From the human T2T-CHM13v2.0 reference genome, Homo sapiens: a stretch of 64,000 bases of DNA. The notes under the pieces were generated by a model that worked only from the letters and a program-made list of their open reading frames with translations, did no database searches and had not been told where the DNA came from. The translations under genes and the position numbers were made by a program. Position 1 is the first letter of the stretch, and the number at the start of each line of letters is the position of its first letter. This document shows, in pieces, positions 19,372-31,329 of the stretch. Location: assembly GCF_009914755.1 (NCBI RefSeq), contig NC_060927.1. One strand, 5' to 3'.

Positions 19372-20330
19372 CAGAGTGAACAAGCAACCTACAGAATAGG
19401 AGAAAAATTTTGTAATCTATCCATCTGACAAAGGGCTAATATCCAGAATCTACAAAGAACTTAAACAAATTTACAAGAAAAAACAACCCCATCAAAAAGT
19501 GGACAAAGGATATTAACAGACCCTTCTCAGAAGAAGACATTTATGTGACAAACAAACATATGAAAAAAAAGCTCATCATCACTGGTCATTACAGCAATAC
19601 AAGTCAAAATCACAATGAGATACCATCTCATGCCAGTTAGAATGGTGCTCATTGAAAAGTCAGAAAACAGCAGATGCTGGAGAGGATGTGGAGAAATAGG
19701 AACACTTTTATACTGTTAGTGGTAGTGTAAATTAGTTCAACCATTGTGGAAGACAGTGTGGTGATTCCTCAAGGATCTAGAACCAGAAATACCATTTGAC
19801 CCAGCAATCCCATTACTAAGTATATATCCAAAGTATAATAAATCATTCCACTGTAAAGACATATGCACACATATGTTTATTACAGCACTATTCACAATAG
19901 AAAAGCCTTGGATTCAACCCAAATGCCCATCATTGATAGACTGGATAAAGAAAATGTGGCACATATATGCCATGGAATACTATGCAGCCATAAAAAAGGA
20001 TGAGTTCATGTCCTTTCCAGGGACATGGATGAGGCTGGAAGCCATCTATCTCAGCAAAGTAACACAGGAACAGAAAATCAAATCCCACATGTTCTCAATC
20101 ATAAGTGGGAGCTAAACAATGAGAACACATGGACACAAGGAGGCAAACATCACACACCAGGGCCTGTTGAGGGGTTGGGGGTAGGGGAGGGATAGCATTA
20201 GGAGAAATGCTTAATGTACATGATGGGTTGATGGGTGCAGCAAACCACCATGGCCCGTGTAACAAATACCTATGTAACAAATCTGCATATTCTGCATATG
20301 TATCCCAGAACTTAAAGTAAAATAATAAAA
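18303..20330 (+). mobile_element. L1PA7/8 sense 3' segment (RT FADD motif to poly(A))
   Basis: SLFADD ORF at 18370 and further ORF2 fragments; 3' UTR gatgggttgatgggtgcagcaaaccaccatgg...cccagaacttaaagta. Confidence 0.93.
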
Positions 20331-23300
20331 AAAGAAATAAAAAACATGAAAAACTGAACAGAAATCCTGGACCTGTAGAATTTGGTGATGGAATTGAAAT
20401 TTTAATAGGGATCTTCAAGAGCAGACTCAATGATGTAGAAGAAAGAATCAGTAAACTCAAAGACAGTTTATTTGACATTAGCCAATTCAAGGAACAAAAA
20501 CAGGGAAAAAGGAGTAAAAATGAATGAAGAAACTACACTGCACCTATCAGACACCATTAAGAAAACAAATCTTTTCATTATGGTAATCCCAAAAGGAGAA
20601 GATAGAGATCAAAAATTCACTAAAAGAAATAATGGCTGAAAACTTCCCAAATCTTGGGAAAGATATGGGCATCCAAATTCATGGAGCTCCAAAATTCCCA
20701 AGCAATATCAATCCAAAGAAGTTAATCTGAGTGCACATTATAACCAAATTGTCAAAAATCAAGTACAGAGAGAATGTTATAAACAACAAGAGAAAAATGA
20801 ATTGGCACATACAATAGAACCTTTATATGACTATATAACAGTAAGTTTCTGAGACGAAATCTTGCAAGTCACAGGGAGTGGAATGATATACTCAAACTTA
20901 TGAAAAAAAAAAGAAAAATCTGTTAACCAAGAGTGCTATGCACAGCAAATATGTTCTTCAGAAATGAAGAAGAAACAATGTCATTCAGAGATATACAAAA
21001 GCTGAAAGTTCATAATTAGACATGACTAGACAATAACTAATAACATGAAACATATAAAAGTAGAAAAGTCTCTGGTGAAGGTAAATATACTTAACCTGGC
21101 AATATTCTAATACTGCAATAGTAGTGCATAATTCACTTTACCTCTAGTACAAAAGTTAAAAGACGAAAGTATTAAAATAACTGTATTTACAATAATTTAT
21201 TAATGGATAGATATATAGAAATACGTAAAATATGACAGGAGTATAAAATGCTGTGTGTGTGGTGGAAAACAACTGTAAGCATAGTTTTTATATGTGATTT
21301 AAGTTAAGTTGTCAACTTAAAATATACTTTTACAACCCTAAGATATTTTATATAAGCCTCATGGTAATAACAACAAAAAAAGCATTAGTATATATAAAGG
21401 AGACAAAAAGATGTCAAAGCATTCCTCTACAAAAAAAATCACAAAGGAAAACAGAATGACAAAAAAACTATAAAAAGTCAGAAAACAATGAAAAATGGCA
21501 ATAGTAAGTCCTCATATAGCACTAATTATTTAAATTTAAATGGATTAAATTCTTCAATCGAAATACACAGAGCATTCATATGCATAAAAATTAGGAACAG
21601 AAGATGCAACAATATGCTGCCTCCAAGAGAATCACTGTAAGAACACACATATGCTGAAAGAGAAGGGATGGAAAAAAGATATTCTATGCAAATGATAACC
21701 AAATGAGAGTAGGACTGGCTATATTTATATCACACAAAATAAAGTTTCTATGAAAATTTGTCATGAGAGACAAAGAACATAACTATAGAATGACAAAGGT
21801 ATTAATTCATCAAGAGGATATGACACTTATATATGCATGCAACATGGCAGGGCACCTAAAATACAAAGTAAATATTAACATAATTGAAGAGAAAAATTGA
21901 TGGCAGTACAATAATAATCAAAGACTTTATTATCCTACTTTCAACAATAAACAGACTCTCAAGACAAAAAATCAGAAAGACTGGACTTGAACTACAGTTT
22001 ATACCAAATGAACCTAAGAGACATATATGAAACAATATACCCAACAACAGCAGAATACACATTATTCTTAAGCCTACATGGAACATTTTTCAAAATGGAT
22101 TATATATTAGTCCACAAAATACATCTTAACAAATTCAAGAAGCTTGAAATTACATCAATTACATTTTTCTGAGCACAATGGTGTGAAATGAAAACCACTA
22201 ATAGGAGAAAAATTGGAAAAGTCACAAATATGTCGAAATTAAACAACAGTTTCCTGAACAAACAATGGGTCAAAGATGAACTGAAAAGGAAAATCAAAAA
22301 TATCTTAAGACAAATGAAAATGAAAACACGACATACCAAAACTAAAATGCAGCAATAATAGTTCTGAAAGGTAAATTTACAGAAATAAATGCTTACATTA
22401 AGAAAAAAGAAAGATCCCAAATAAACAACTTAAATTTTACACATCAATAAACTATTTAAAAAGCCCAAATTTAGCAGAAAGAAAAAAATAATTAAAAAAA
22501 GGCAGAAATAAATAAAATAGAGATTAGAAATTTAACATAAAACATAATCGTAATGAAAATTGGTTTCCAAATAGTAAAACAAAATGACAAAATTGAGAAT
22601 TGGTTTTCAAAATGAAAAACAAAAAACAAAGCCTAAATTTAGTAGGAGGAAAAAAATAAAAATAAGAGCAGAAATAAATAGAGATTATAAATTTAATATA
22701 AAATATAAACATTACGATAATTGCTTTTCAAAAGAAAAACAAAACAGATTGAACAAGGAAAAAAGAGAGAATTCAAATAAATAAAAGTATGGATAAAAGA
22801 GGATGTATTCAACTGAGACCACGGCTATATAGATATACAGAGAAACATAAGAGACTTCCACGCACAGTTACACGCCAACAACTTGGATATTCTAGAAGAA
22901 ATGGATACATATAGAAATATAAACCCTTCTAAGACTGAATCATGAAGAAACAAATTCTGAGCAGAACAATAATGAGTAAGCAAATTGAGGCAGTTATAAA
23001 AAACACATTGCAATAAAATAAAGCCTAGGACCAAACAGCTTCACAGGTGATTTCTACCAAACACCTAAAGAATTACTGTCAGTTCTTCTCAAACTATTCC
23101 AGAAAAGAAATTGAAGAGGAGAGAACACTTTCAAACTCATTTTACAAAGCAAGCATTACCCTGATATTAAACCAAACAAAGACACTATAAGAAAAGAAAA
23201 CTATAGGACAACATCCATAATAAAAATATATGCAAAAATCCTCAACAAAATAATAGTAAACTGAATCTACCTACATATTAAAAGTATTATACTTCATGAT

Positions 23301-23744
23301 TATGTGAGATTACCCCTGCAAGAATGGTCAGCATAAGCAAATCAATAAATGTGACACAGCACATTAACAGACTGAAGGATAAAAATCATATGATTATCTC
23401 AGTAGATGCTAAAAAGCATTAAAAATTTTTAATATCCTTTAATGATTAAAAGTCAACAAAATAGGTAAAGTGGAATACACTTTAACATAATAAAGGCCAT
23501 AAATAACATTTCTGCAGCTAACATCATACTCAACAGTAAAGAATGGAAAGCTCTTCCTCTAAGATAACGAACAAGGCATGGATGCCCACTCTTGCTACTT
23601 CCATTCAACCCAAAACTGGATGTCCTAGTCGGAGCAATTATGCAAGAAAAACAAGTGAAAAAGCATTCATATCAAAAATAAAAAGAAACAAAAAGCATTC
23701 ATATCAGAAATAAAGCAATGCTGTCTTTTTGTAGATGATATGAT

Positions 23745-23762
23745 TATATATATAATACATAT

Positions 23763-23815
<53 letters not shown>
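23745..23815. repeat. (TA)n/(CA)n microsatellite at an Alu tail
   Basis: Run of about 22 CA units preceded by TA-rich repeats. Confidence 0.95.
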
Positions 23816-23816
<1 letters not shown>

Positions 23817-24063
23817 TCTCCAGGATGGAGCGCAGCAGCATAATCATGGCTCACTGCAGCCTCAAACTCCTGGGGTCAAGCGATCCTCCCACCTCAACCA
23901 CAGGTGCATGTCAACACAACTGGTTAATTTATTTTTATTTTTTTGTAGAGACAGAGTCACCCTATGTTGCCTAGGCTGGTCTCAAACTCCTGGGCTTAAG
24001 GAATTCTCCTCCCTCCACCTCCCAAAGTGCTGACATTACAGATGTGAGCCATCATGGCTTGCC
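23816..24063 (-). mobile_element. AluJ, partially deleted
   Basis: ctcactgcagcctcaaactcctgggg and ctatgttgcctaggctggtctcaaactcctgggctt; TSD tgatt(a/g)tatata at 23741 and 24064. Confidence 0.85.
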
Positions 24064-24512
24064 TGATTGTATATATGGAAAACCCTAAAGACTCTACCAG
24101 AAAACTGTTAGAACTAATAAACAGATTCAGTAAAGTCTCAGGATACAAAATCAATGCAGGATATGAAAATCAGTTGCATTTCTATACACTAACAACAAAT
24201 ATTTTTTAAAAAAAGGCTAAGATAATAATTGCATTTATAATATCTTCAAAAATAATAAAACATTTAAAAATAAATGTAGCCAAGGAGTGGAAAGATTTGT
24301 ACACCGAAAAGTATAAGACATTGATGAAATAAATTGAACAAGAAACAAACAAATGAAGTGATATACCATATTTATGGATTAGAACAATTAATATTGTCAA
24401 AATGTCCACCTTACCCAAAGTGATCTACAGGTTCAGTGCGATCTCTATCAAAATTCTCATGGCATTTTTCACACAAATAGAAAAAACAATCCTACAATTT
24501 GTATGAAATTAA

Positions 24513-24642
24513 CCCATTTATGCCTGAGGTTGCAATTTTTTGAATTTTTGCAATCAGACCTTGGCAATGACATTCAGCAATAGGATATAAATAACTCCCA
24601 CATACTTAGCATTCTAATAGTGGAATACTAGGCATAAATGGG
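24513..24642 (-). mobile_element. MER85 piggyBac (PGBD3-derived) MITE
   Basis: Perfect 13-bp terminal inverted repeats CCCATTTATGCCT / AGGCATAAATGGG; TTAA duplications at 24509-24512 and 24643-24646. Confidence 0.95.
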
Positions 24643-26401
24643 TTAAAAAGTCCTTGAATAGCCAAGACAATCTTGAGAATGATAAAATAGCTGGGGAATT
24701 CACACATTCTGATTTCAAACAATATCACAGAGCTGAAGTAATCAAAACAGTATGGTACTGGCTGAAAACAGACACACAGATCTATAAAACAAAATAGAGC
24801 CAAGAAATATACTGACACAAATACAGTCAACTAGTCTTAAACAAGGTTGCCAAGAAAACACAATGGGAAGAGGTGTCTCTTCAATAAGTGGTCTTGGAAA
24901 AACTAGATATCCACGTGCTAAAAAATGAAATTGGAACCTTATTCTATACCATACACACAAATTAACCTGAAATAGATTGACTTAATCATAAGACCAGAAA
25001 CTACAAAATTCCTAGAAGAAAATATAGGAAGCCTCTTTGACTTTGGTCTTGGCAGTGATTTCTTGGATATGATGCTAAAATCACAGATAACAAAAGAAAA
25101 AACAAACAAGTGGGCCTACAACAAACTAAATAGCTTCTGCACAGCAAAGGACCCAGTCAACAAAATAAAAAGCAACCCACGAAATAGAATAAAATACTTG
25201 CAAACTACATACCTGATAAGGGGTTGATATCCCAAATACATTAAAAAAACTCATACAAATCATAACAAAACAAAATTTTTAATAGCTCAATCAAAGAATT
25301 GGCAAAGGACATTTTCCCAAAGAAGACATACAAATTGCCAACAGACACAGGAAAATGAGTTCAATAACATCAGTTTTCATAAGGGAAATGCAAATCAAAA
25401 GAACAATAAAATGTCACTTCATACCTGTTATGATGGCTATTATTAAAAAGATAAGAGATAACAAGTGTTGGCCAGGTTGTGGAAAAAATGTAGAATACTT
25501 GTACATTTTTGGCTGTAATGTAAATTAGTATAGCCATTATGGAAAAAAGTATGGCTGTTTCTCAAAAAATTAAAAATTAAACTCCCATATGATCCAGCAG
25601 TCTCCATTCTGGGTATATATCCAAAGGGAGTGAAAGCCAGTATGTTGAAGAAATATCTGCACTCCCATGTTCATTGCACCATTATTCACAATAGCCAAAA
25701 TGTGGAAACAACTTAAGTGTTTATTCATGGATAGATAGAGAAATTGTGAGATAGATATGTATGTGTGTTTGTGTGCATAATATTCAGCCATATTACAAAA
25801 AAGATATCCTGCTATTTGCAATAATATGGATGAGCCTAGAGGATACTATACTAAGTGAAATAAGTTAGACACAGAAAGACGAATACTGCCTGATTTCACT
25901 TACACATCAAATCTTACAAAGTCAAACTCACAGAAGCAGAGAGTAGAATGGTGGTTGCTAGGGGCTAGTAGATGGGAGAAATGAGAAGATGTTGGTAAAA
26001 GGATACAAACTTTCAGTTATAAGTATGACCTAGGAATCTAAGTAGAGCATGGGGTGGCTATAGTTAATATTGCTATTTTATATTCTTGAAATTCACTAAG
26101 ACCATAGATCTTAATTGTTCTAACCACACACAAAAAAGGTAACTGTGTGAGGTAATAGATATGTTAATTAGCTTGACTATGGTATTTGTTTTACAATGTG
26201 TATATATATAAAATTATTCTTTGTATACTTTAAATGTATACAAATTTATTTGTCAATTATATTTCAACGAAGCTGGAAAAAGTAGAATTAAGACATTTTA
26301 GTCTACACATAAAAAGAAAACAAATATATAAAAGTGATAGTTATGTCAATAAAATTTAAAATATGCCCCATGTTTTAGTACTAATTCACATAAGCCATTT
26401 A

Positions 26402-26480
26402 TTGGGTGGTGAAAAAGTAATTCCGGTTTTTGCCATTACTTTTGATAGCAAAAACCGCAATTGCTTTTGCACCAACCTAT
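26402..26480. mobile_element. MADE1 (Hsmar1-derived) MITE
   Basis: ~80-bp palindrome ggtgaaaaagtaattccggtttttgccatt...atagcaaaaaccgcaattgcttttgcacc flanked by TA. Confidence 0.95.
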
Positions 26481-26699
26481 ATATAGGCACTTTAACATAT
26501 TGGGAAAGATTAACATAATTGAATACTAGATAATATTAAACAATCATGTAAAAATTGTAGTGTAATATTGACAATGCAGTTGTTATTTTTAAAGTTCATA
26601 TCTGTTAGAAATACATGTTACAGTATTTATACATTAAATGATAAGATGTCTGTGATATGCTTCAATAATGACCAGCAATTTCAAGAGTGAAGGTGAGAA

Positions 26700-26788
26700 A
26701 TGGATGAATAGATGGATGGTTTAGATAGATAAAGATAGATGGATAGACAGATAGATGATAGATACATACATAGATAGATAGACGATAG
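26700..26788. repeat. Degenerate (GATG)n/(GATA)n microsatellite
   Basis: tggatg and gatagata units seen directly. Confidence 0.9.
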
Positions 26789-27249
26789 GTTTTAATATGT
26801 GATAGTCATCTGCAGCAAGAATGTTCATATAGTCATCAGAAGCAAGAGTGGTAGAATGTTAATAATCACTGATTTTATGTGAAGTATATATGTAGATTCA
26901 TTACATTATATTTTTTAACTTTTATATGTGTTTATATACAAACTTTGGAAGAGGGTTTTAAATCTATGTTTCAGTTTGTTTAAATAGTCAAGAAGAAAAA
27001 TAGATACCGTTTCTTGTAAAATTGTTTCAGTAAAACTATTTATCAAAATAACAACTTTCTTATCTAATACTTTTTCATCACATATATCCAAAACAAAAAT
27101 AAACAGCAAAAAAAACACAACTCATCATAGCTTACACACATCACAAAACTAATACAAAAATGTGTTATCTAGAAGTTTTGCCATCCAGAAAACAGATTTC
27201 TGTTCTCACATATTGCCACTGGAGGCAAAGCTTCCAAATATAAATTTTG

Positions 27250-27589
27250 GTATTATTCAGTTTTGCTACATTAAGCTGTGAGACAAATAGCCTCACAGAA
27301 AAGTTCAGTGGAATACAAAAACTGAGGTTTATTTCTTTCTCACATTACATGAAGGTGTCTGATCAATTGCAGTTATACTTAAGGCTGGGGTTGAGTTCAA
27401 ATAGATTACACAAATCTTCATTCCAGGATCTAGTAAATGAAGCACCTCCTATTCAGAACATATTATTCTCATGGCTGAAGGCAAAACCACAAGGAAATGA
27501 ATGGAATCACATGATGTTTTGTAAAATATTTGCTTGGTAATAGGATGGCACATTATCTCACATTGCACTAGTCAAAATAAGTCACATGG
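27250..27589 (-). mobile_element. Old MLT1(K/L)-like LTR split by the THE1D insertion (resumes 30129-30209)
   Basis: tttatttctttctcacattacatg, tattctcatggc, aagtcacatgg; distal piece ends aatctatcaca. Confidence 0.6.
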
Positions 27590-30128
27590 TGATATAGTTT
27601 GGCTTTGTGTCCCCACCCAAATCTAATCTTGAATTGTAATCCCCCAATATTGAGGGAGAAACCTGGTGGGAGGTGATTGGATCATAGGGACAGTTTCCCC
27701 CATGCTGTTCTTATGATAGCAAGGGAGTTCTCATGAGATCTGATGGTTTTATAACTGTTTGTCAAGTTCTTCCTTCACTTGCTTCTCTCTCTCCTGCTGC
27801 CATGTGAAGAAGGCCCTTGTTTCCCCTTTGCCTTCTGCCATGAATGTAAGTTTCCTGAGGCCTCCCCAGCCATATGGAACTGTTAGTCAAGTAAACGTCT
27901 TTCATTTATAAATTACCCATTCCCAGGGAAGTTCTTCATAGCCACGTGAAAACAGACTAATACAATAAATTTGTACTGGGAGTTCGGGATACTACTATAA
28001 AGATACTTGAAAATGTGGAAGCGACTTTGGAACTGGGTAACAGGCAGAGGTTGGAACAGTTTGGAGGGCTCAGAAGAAGAAAGGAAGAGTGGGAAAATTT
28101 GAAACTTCCTAGAGACTTGTTGAAAAGCTTTGATGAAAATGTTGATAGTGATGTGAACAGTGAAGTCCAGGCTGAGGTGGTCTCAGATGGAGATGAAGAA
28201 CCTGTTAGAAACCAGAGTAAAGGTCTCTCATGCTATGCTTTAGCAAAGAGACTGGCGGCATTTTGACCCTGTCCTAGAGATCTGTGGAACTTTGAACCTG
28301 AGAGAGATGATTTAGGGGACCTGGCAGAAGGAATTTCTAAGCAGCAAAGCATTCAAGATGTGACCTGGATTATTCTGAAAGCACTTAGTTTTACGCATGC
28401 ACAAAGAGATGGTTTGGAATTGGAACTTATGTTTAAAAGGGAAGTAGAACAAAAAATTTGAAAAAGTTGCAGCCTGACAATATGTTAGAAAAGAAAAATC
28501 CATTTTCTGGGGAGAAATTCAAACCAGCTGAAAAATTTGCACATATAATAAGGAACCAAATGTTAATCAACAAGACAATGGGGAAAATGTCTCTAGATAA
28601 TGTCAGAGATCTTGGCGGCAGCCCTTGTGATCACAGGCCCAGAGGTCTAGGAGGAAAAAATGGTTTAATGGGCAGGGCTCAGGGTCCCTGCTGCTCTATG
28701 CAGCCTCAGGACATGGCACCCTGCATCCCAGCCACACCAGCTTCAGTTTTGGCTGAAAGAGGCCAAAGTACAGCTCAGACCATTGCTTTAGAGGGTTCAA
28801 GCCCCAAGCCTTGGCAGCTTCCATGCGGTGTTGGGCCTCCAGGTGCACAGAAGTCAAGAATTGAGGTTTCGGAACCTCCGCCTAGATTTCAGTGGATGTA
28901 TGGAAATGCCTGGATGTCCAGACAGAAGTCTGCTGCAGGGGCAGAACCCACATGTAGAACCTCAGCTAGGGCAGTGCAGAGGGGAAATGTGGGGTTGGAG
29001 CTCCATGCAAATCTGAAATCCAACAGGGCAGTCATTAGATCTTAAAGCTCTAACATTATCTCCTTTAACTCAGTGTCTCACATCCAGGTCACACAGATGC
29101 ATGAGGTGAGCTCCCATTGTCTTGCGCAGCCCTGCCCCTGTGGCTGTGCAGGGTAGAGCCCCCCTCCTAGCTGCCTGGAAGTCCCCACTTGGGGTACTGC
29201 CTACTGCAGCTGTGAGAAGATGGCCACCATCCTTCAGACCCCAGAATGGTAGATCCACCAACAGATTGCACCATGTACCTGGAAAAGCCAGATATTGCCA
29301 GTCTATGAAAGCAGCTGGGAGGGGGGCTCTACCCTGCACAGCCACAGGGGTGGAGCTGCCCAAGACCATGGGAGCCCACCACTTGCATCAGCATGACATA
29401 GGTGTGAGACATTGAGTTAAAGGAGATAATTTGGGAGCATTAAAATTTAACCACTGCCCTGTTGGATTTCGGACTTACATGGGGCCTGTAGCCCCTTTGT
29501 TTTGGCCAATTTCTCCTATGTGGAATGGGGACATTTATCCAATTCCTATACCCACATTGTATCTTGGAAGTAAATAACTTGTTTTTGATTTTACAGGCTC
29601 CTAGGCTGAAGGGACTTGCCTTGCTTCAGATGAGACTTTGGACTTGGACTTTTGAGTTAATGGTGAAGTGAGTTAAGACTTCGAGGGACTGTTGGGAAGG
29701 CATGATTGGTTTTGAAATGTGAGGACATGAGATTTGGGAAGAGCCAGGGGCCAAATGATATGGTTTGGCTGTGTACCCATCCAAACCTCATATTGAATTG
29801 TAACCCCCGGTGTTGAGAGAGAAACTCAGTGGGAGGTGATTGGATAATGGGGACAGTTTCCCCCATGCTCTTCTCATGATAGTGAGTGAGTTCTCACAAA
29901 ATCTGATGGTTTTATAAGTGTTTGACAGGTTCCTCCTTTGCTTGCTTCTCTCCCTCCTGCTGCCATGTGAAGAAGGTCCTTGCTTTCCCTTCGCCTTCCT
30001 CCATGATTGTTAACTTTCCTGAGGCATCACCAGCCATGTGGAACTGTGAGTCAATTAAGCCACTTTTGTTCATAAATTACCCAATCTCAGGGAAGTTCTT
30101 TATAGCAGTGTGAAAACAGACTAATACA
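27590..30128 (+). mobile_element. Full-length THE1D-like ERVL-MaLR provirus (LTRs 27590-27964 and 29756-30128)
   Basis: Two tgatat...ctaataca LTRs; MaLR internal ORF remnants (EATLELGNRQRLEQF); perfect 5-bp TSD catgg at 27585-27589 and 30129-30133. Confidence 0.92.
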
Positions 30129-30645
30129 CATGGTAAAGCCTCAGAATGTCATGGGGAAATGTATTTCACTCATATTCAGGGATGCTGTACAATAATACAA
30201 TCTATCACAGAGAATTTTTCACAAAGAGCATCCCTCCCTCCATGTTTTGGCCCACTAAAATATTGTTAGTCAACATTCACCTGGACTTTTGAATGTTAAA
30301 GTGGTTGAGATTCACAGGCAGGCCTGGATCCTGTGGGCAAAAGCCTAGTTTAATGAGGGCTAAGCTGAGAAAATTACTGTGTCCACTGTCACAGGAATCT
30401 AGGGAACACATTTCACCTTTGACAACCCAATTTAGAGCTCCAATCAGCCCAGTGATTGGAGGCCTATTTAAGCCCCTGTGGTGACATTATCGCAGGAAGC
30501 TTATCCATTCCCAGCTACTAGACCTGGACAGATCACTCTGTCTACACTAAAAGATTTCAGTAACTTGAATCTTGGGATGAAGGAAAGAACTTCTCAATTC
30601 GTTTCTTAACAGAAAGTCCCTAGAAACATTCAAAATGTTCCTCCA

Positions 30646-31222
30646 GGAGGACATCAGCCAGATGGCATAAGAGGACTTTCTAGCACTCATCCCTCACCCC
30701 AACCCCACCCCTGCAGACACATCAACTTGAATAACTATCCACATATAAAAGTACCTTCCAAGGAGCTAAGAAAATCGGGTGAGCAATCACACCACCTAAT
30801 TGTATCACAAGAATAAGAAAAAGAATGCAAAAACAAGTGCCTCCCTCAGTAAAACCCAGCGCAAGGCAGACCCACAGGGCTCCAGCCTTCAGGATGGTAC
30901 CTGCAGATTAAGCCTGCAGGCTCACCTCAGCACCAGATTGGATCTTGCTACCCCCAGGCTCAAGATCGCCTGGTGGCTCAGTTTCCCTTGGACCTACCCC
31001 GACACCAGGCCACCCTCAGTGGCCCCAGGTTCTAGACCAACCTTAACACTAGGTCAGCACTACATCCCTAGTCATCAGGTCAGCACTCTTGGGTCCATGT
31101 GCCACACCTGCTCCAGATTTTGGACCAGCCCAGAGCCATTCCATGATGTATACATATTTTAAAACATCATATTGTACACAAAAAAATGTATACAACTTTC
31201 ATTTGTCAATTTAAAAAAAATT
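30646..31222 (+). mobile_element. Short L1MA composed of 5' UTR sequence joined directly to the extreme 3' end
   Basis: 5' end cagccagatggcataagaggac...caacttgaataactatccac; 3' end agccattccatgatgtatacata...atttgtcaatttaaaaaaaa; candidate TSD aatgtt(cc/t)tcca. Confidence 0.7.
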
Positions 31223-31329
31223 AATGTTTTCCAACTTCAACACCCCCAATCATCCTTCATGCTGAATAAATATCTTCTTACACCTAAAAATTATACATCC
31301 TTCTCACTAAGCACTCTAAACCAGCAAAA

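Larger units (their letters stand above)
20341..26280 (+). mobile_element. L1MA9-like element: rest of ORF1, degenerate ORF2 and 3' UTR
   Basis: Colinear ORF1/ORF2 remnants; 3' end aaagtcaaactcacagaagcagagagtagaatggtggttg...tttatttgtcaattatatttcaacgaagctggaaaa. Confidence 0.85.
26290..26990 (+). mobile_element. Old L1MC/ME 3' terminal fragment
   Basis: tatctgttagaaatacatg...atgataagatgtctgtgatatgcttcaa, ttcattacattattttt. Confidence 0.55.

Noticed and set aside
28458-29045. 195-aa ORF (and 50699-51160, 153 aa)
   Set aside because: MaLR internal-region remnants; the first ends inside the inverted duplication. Not host genes.
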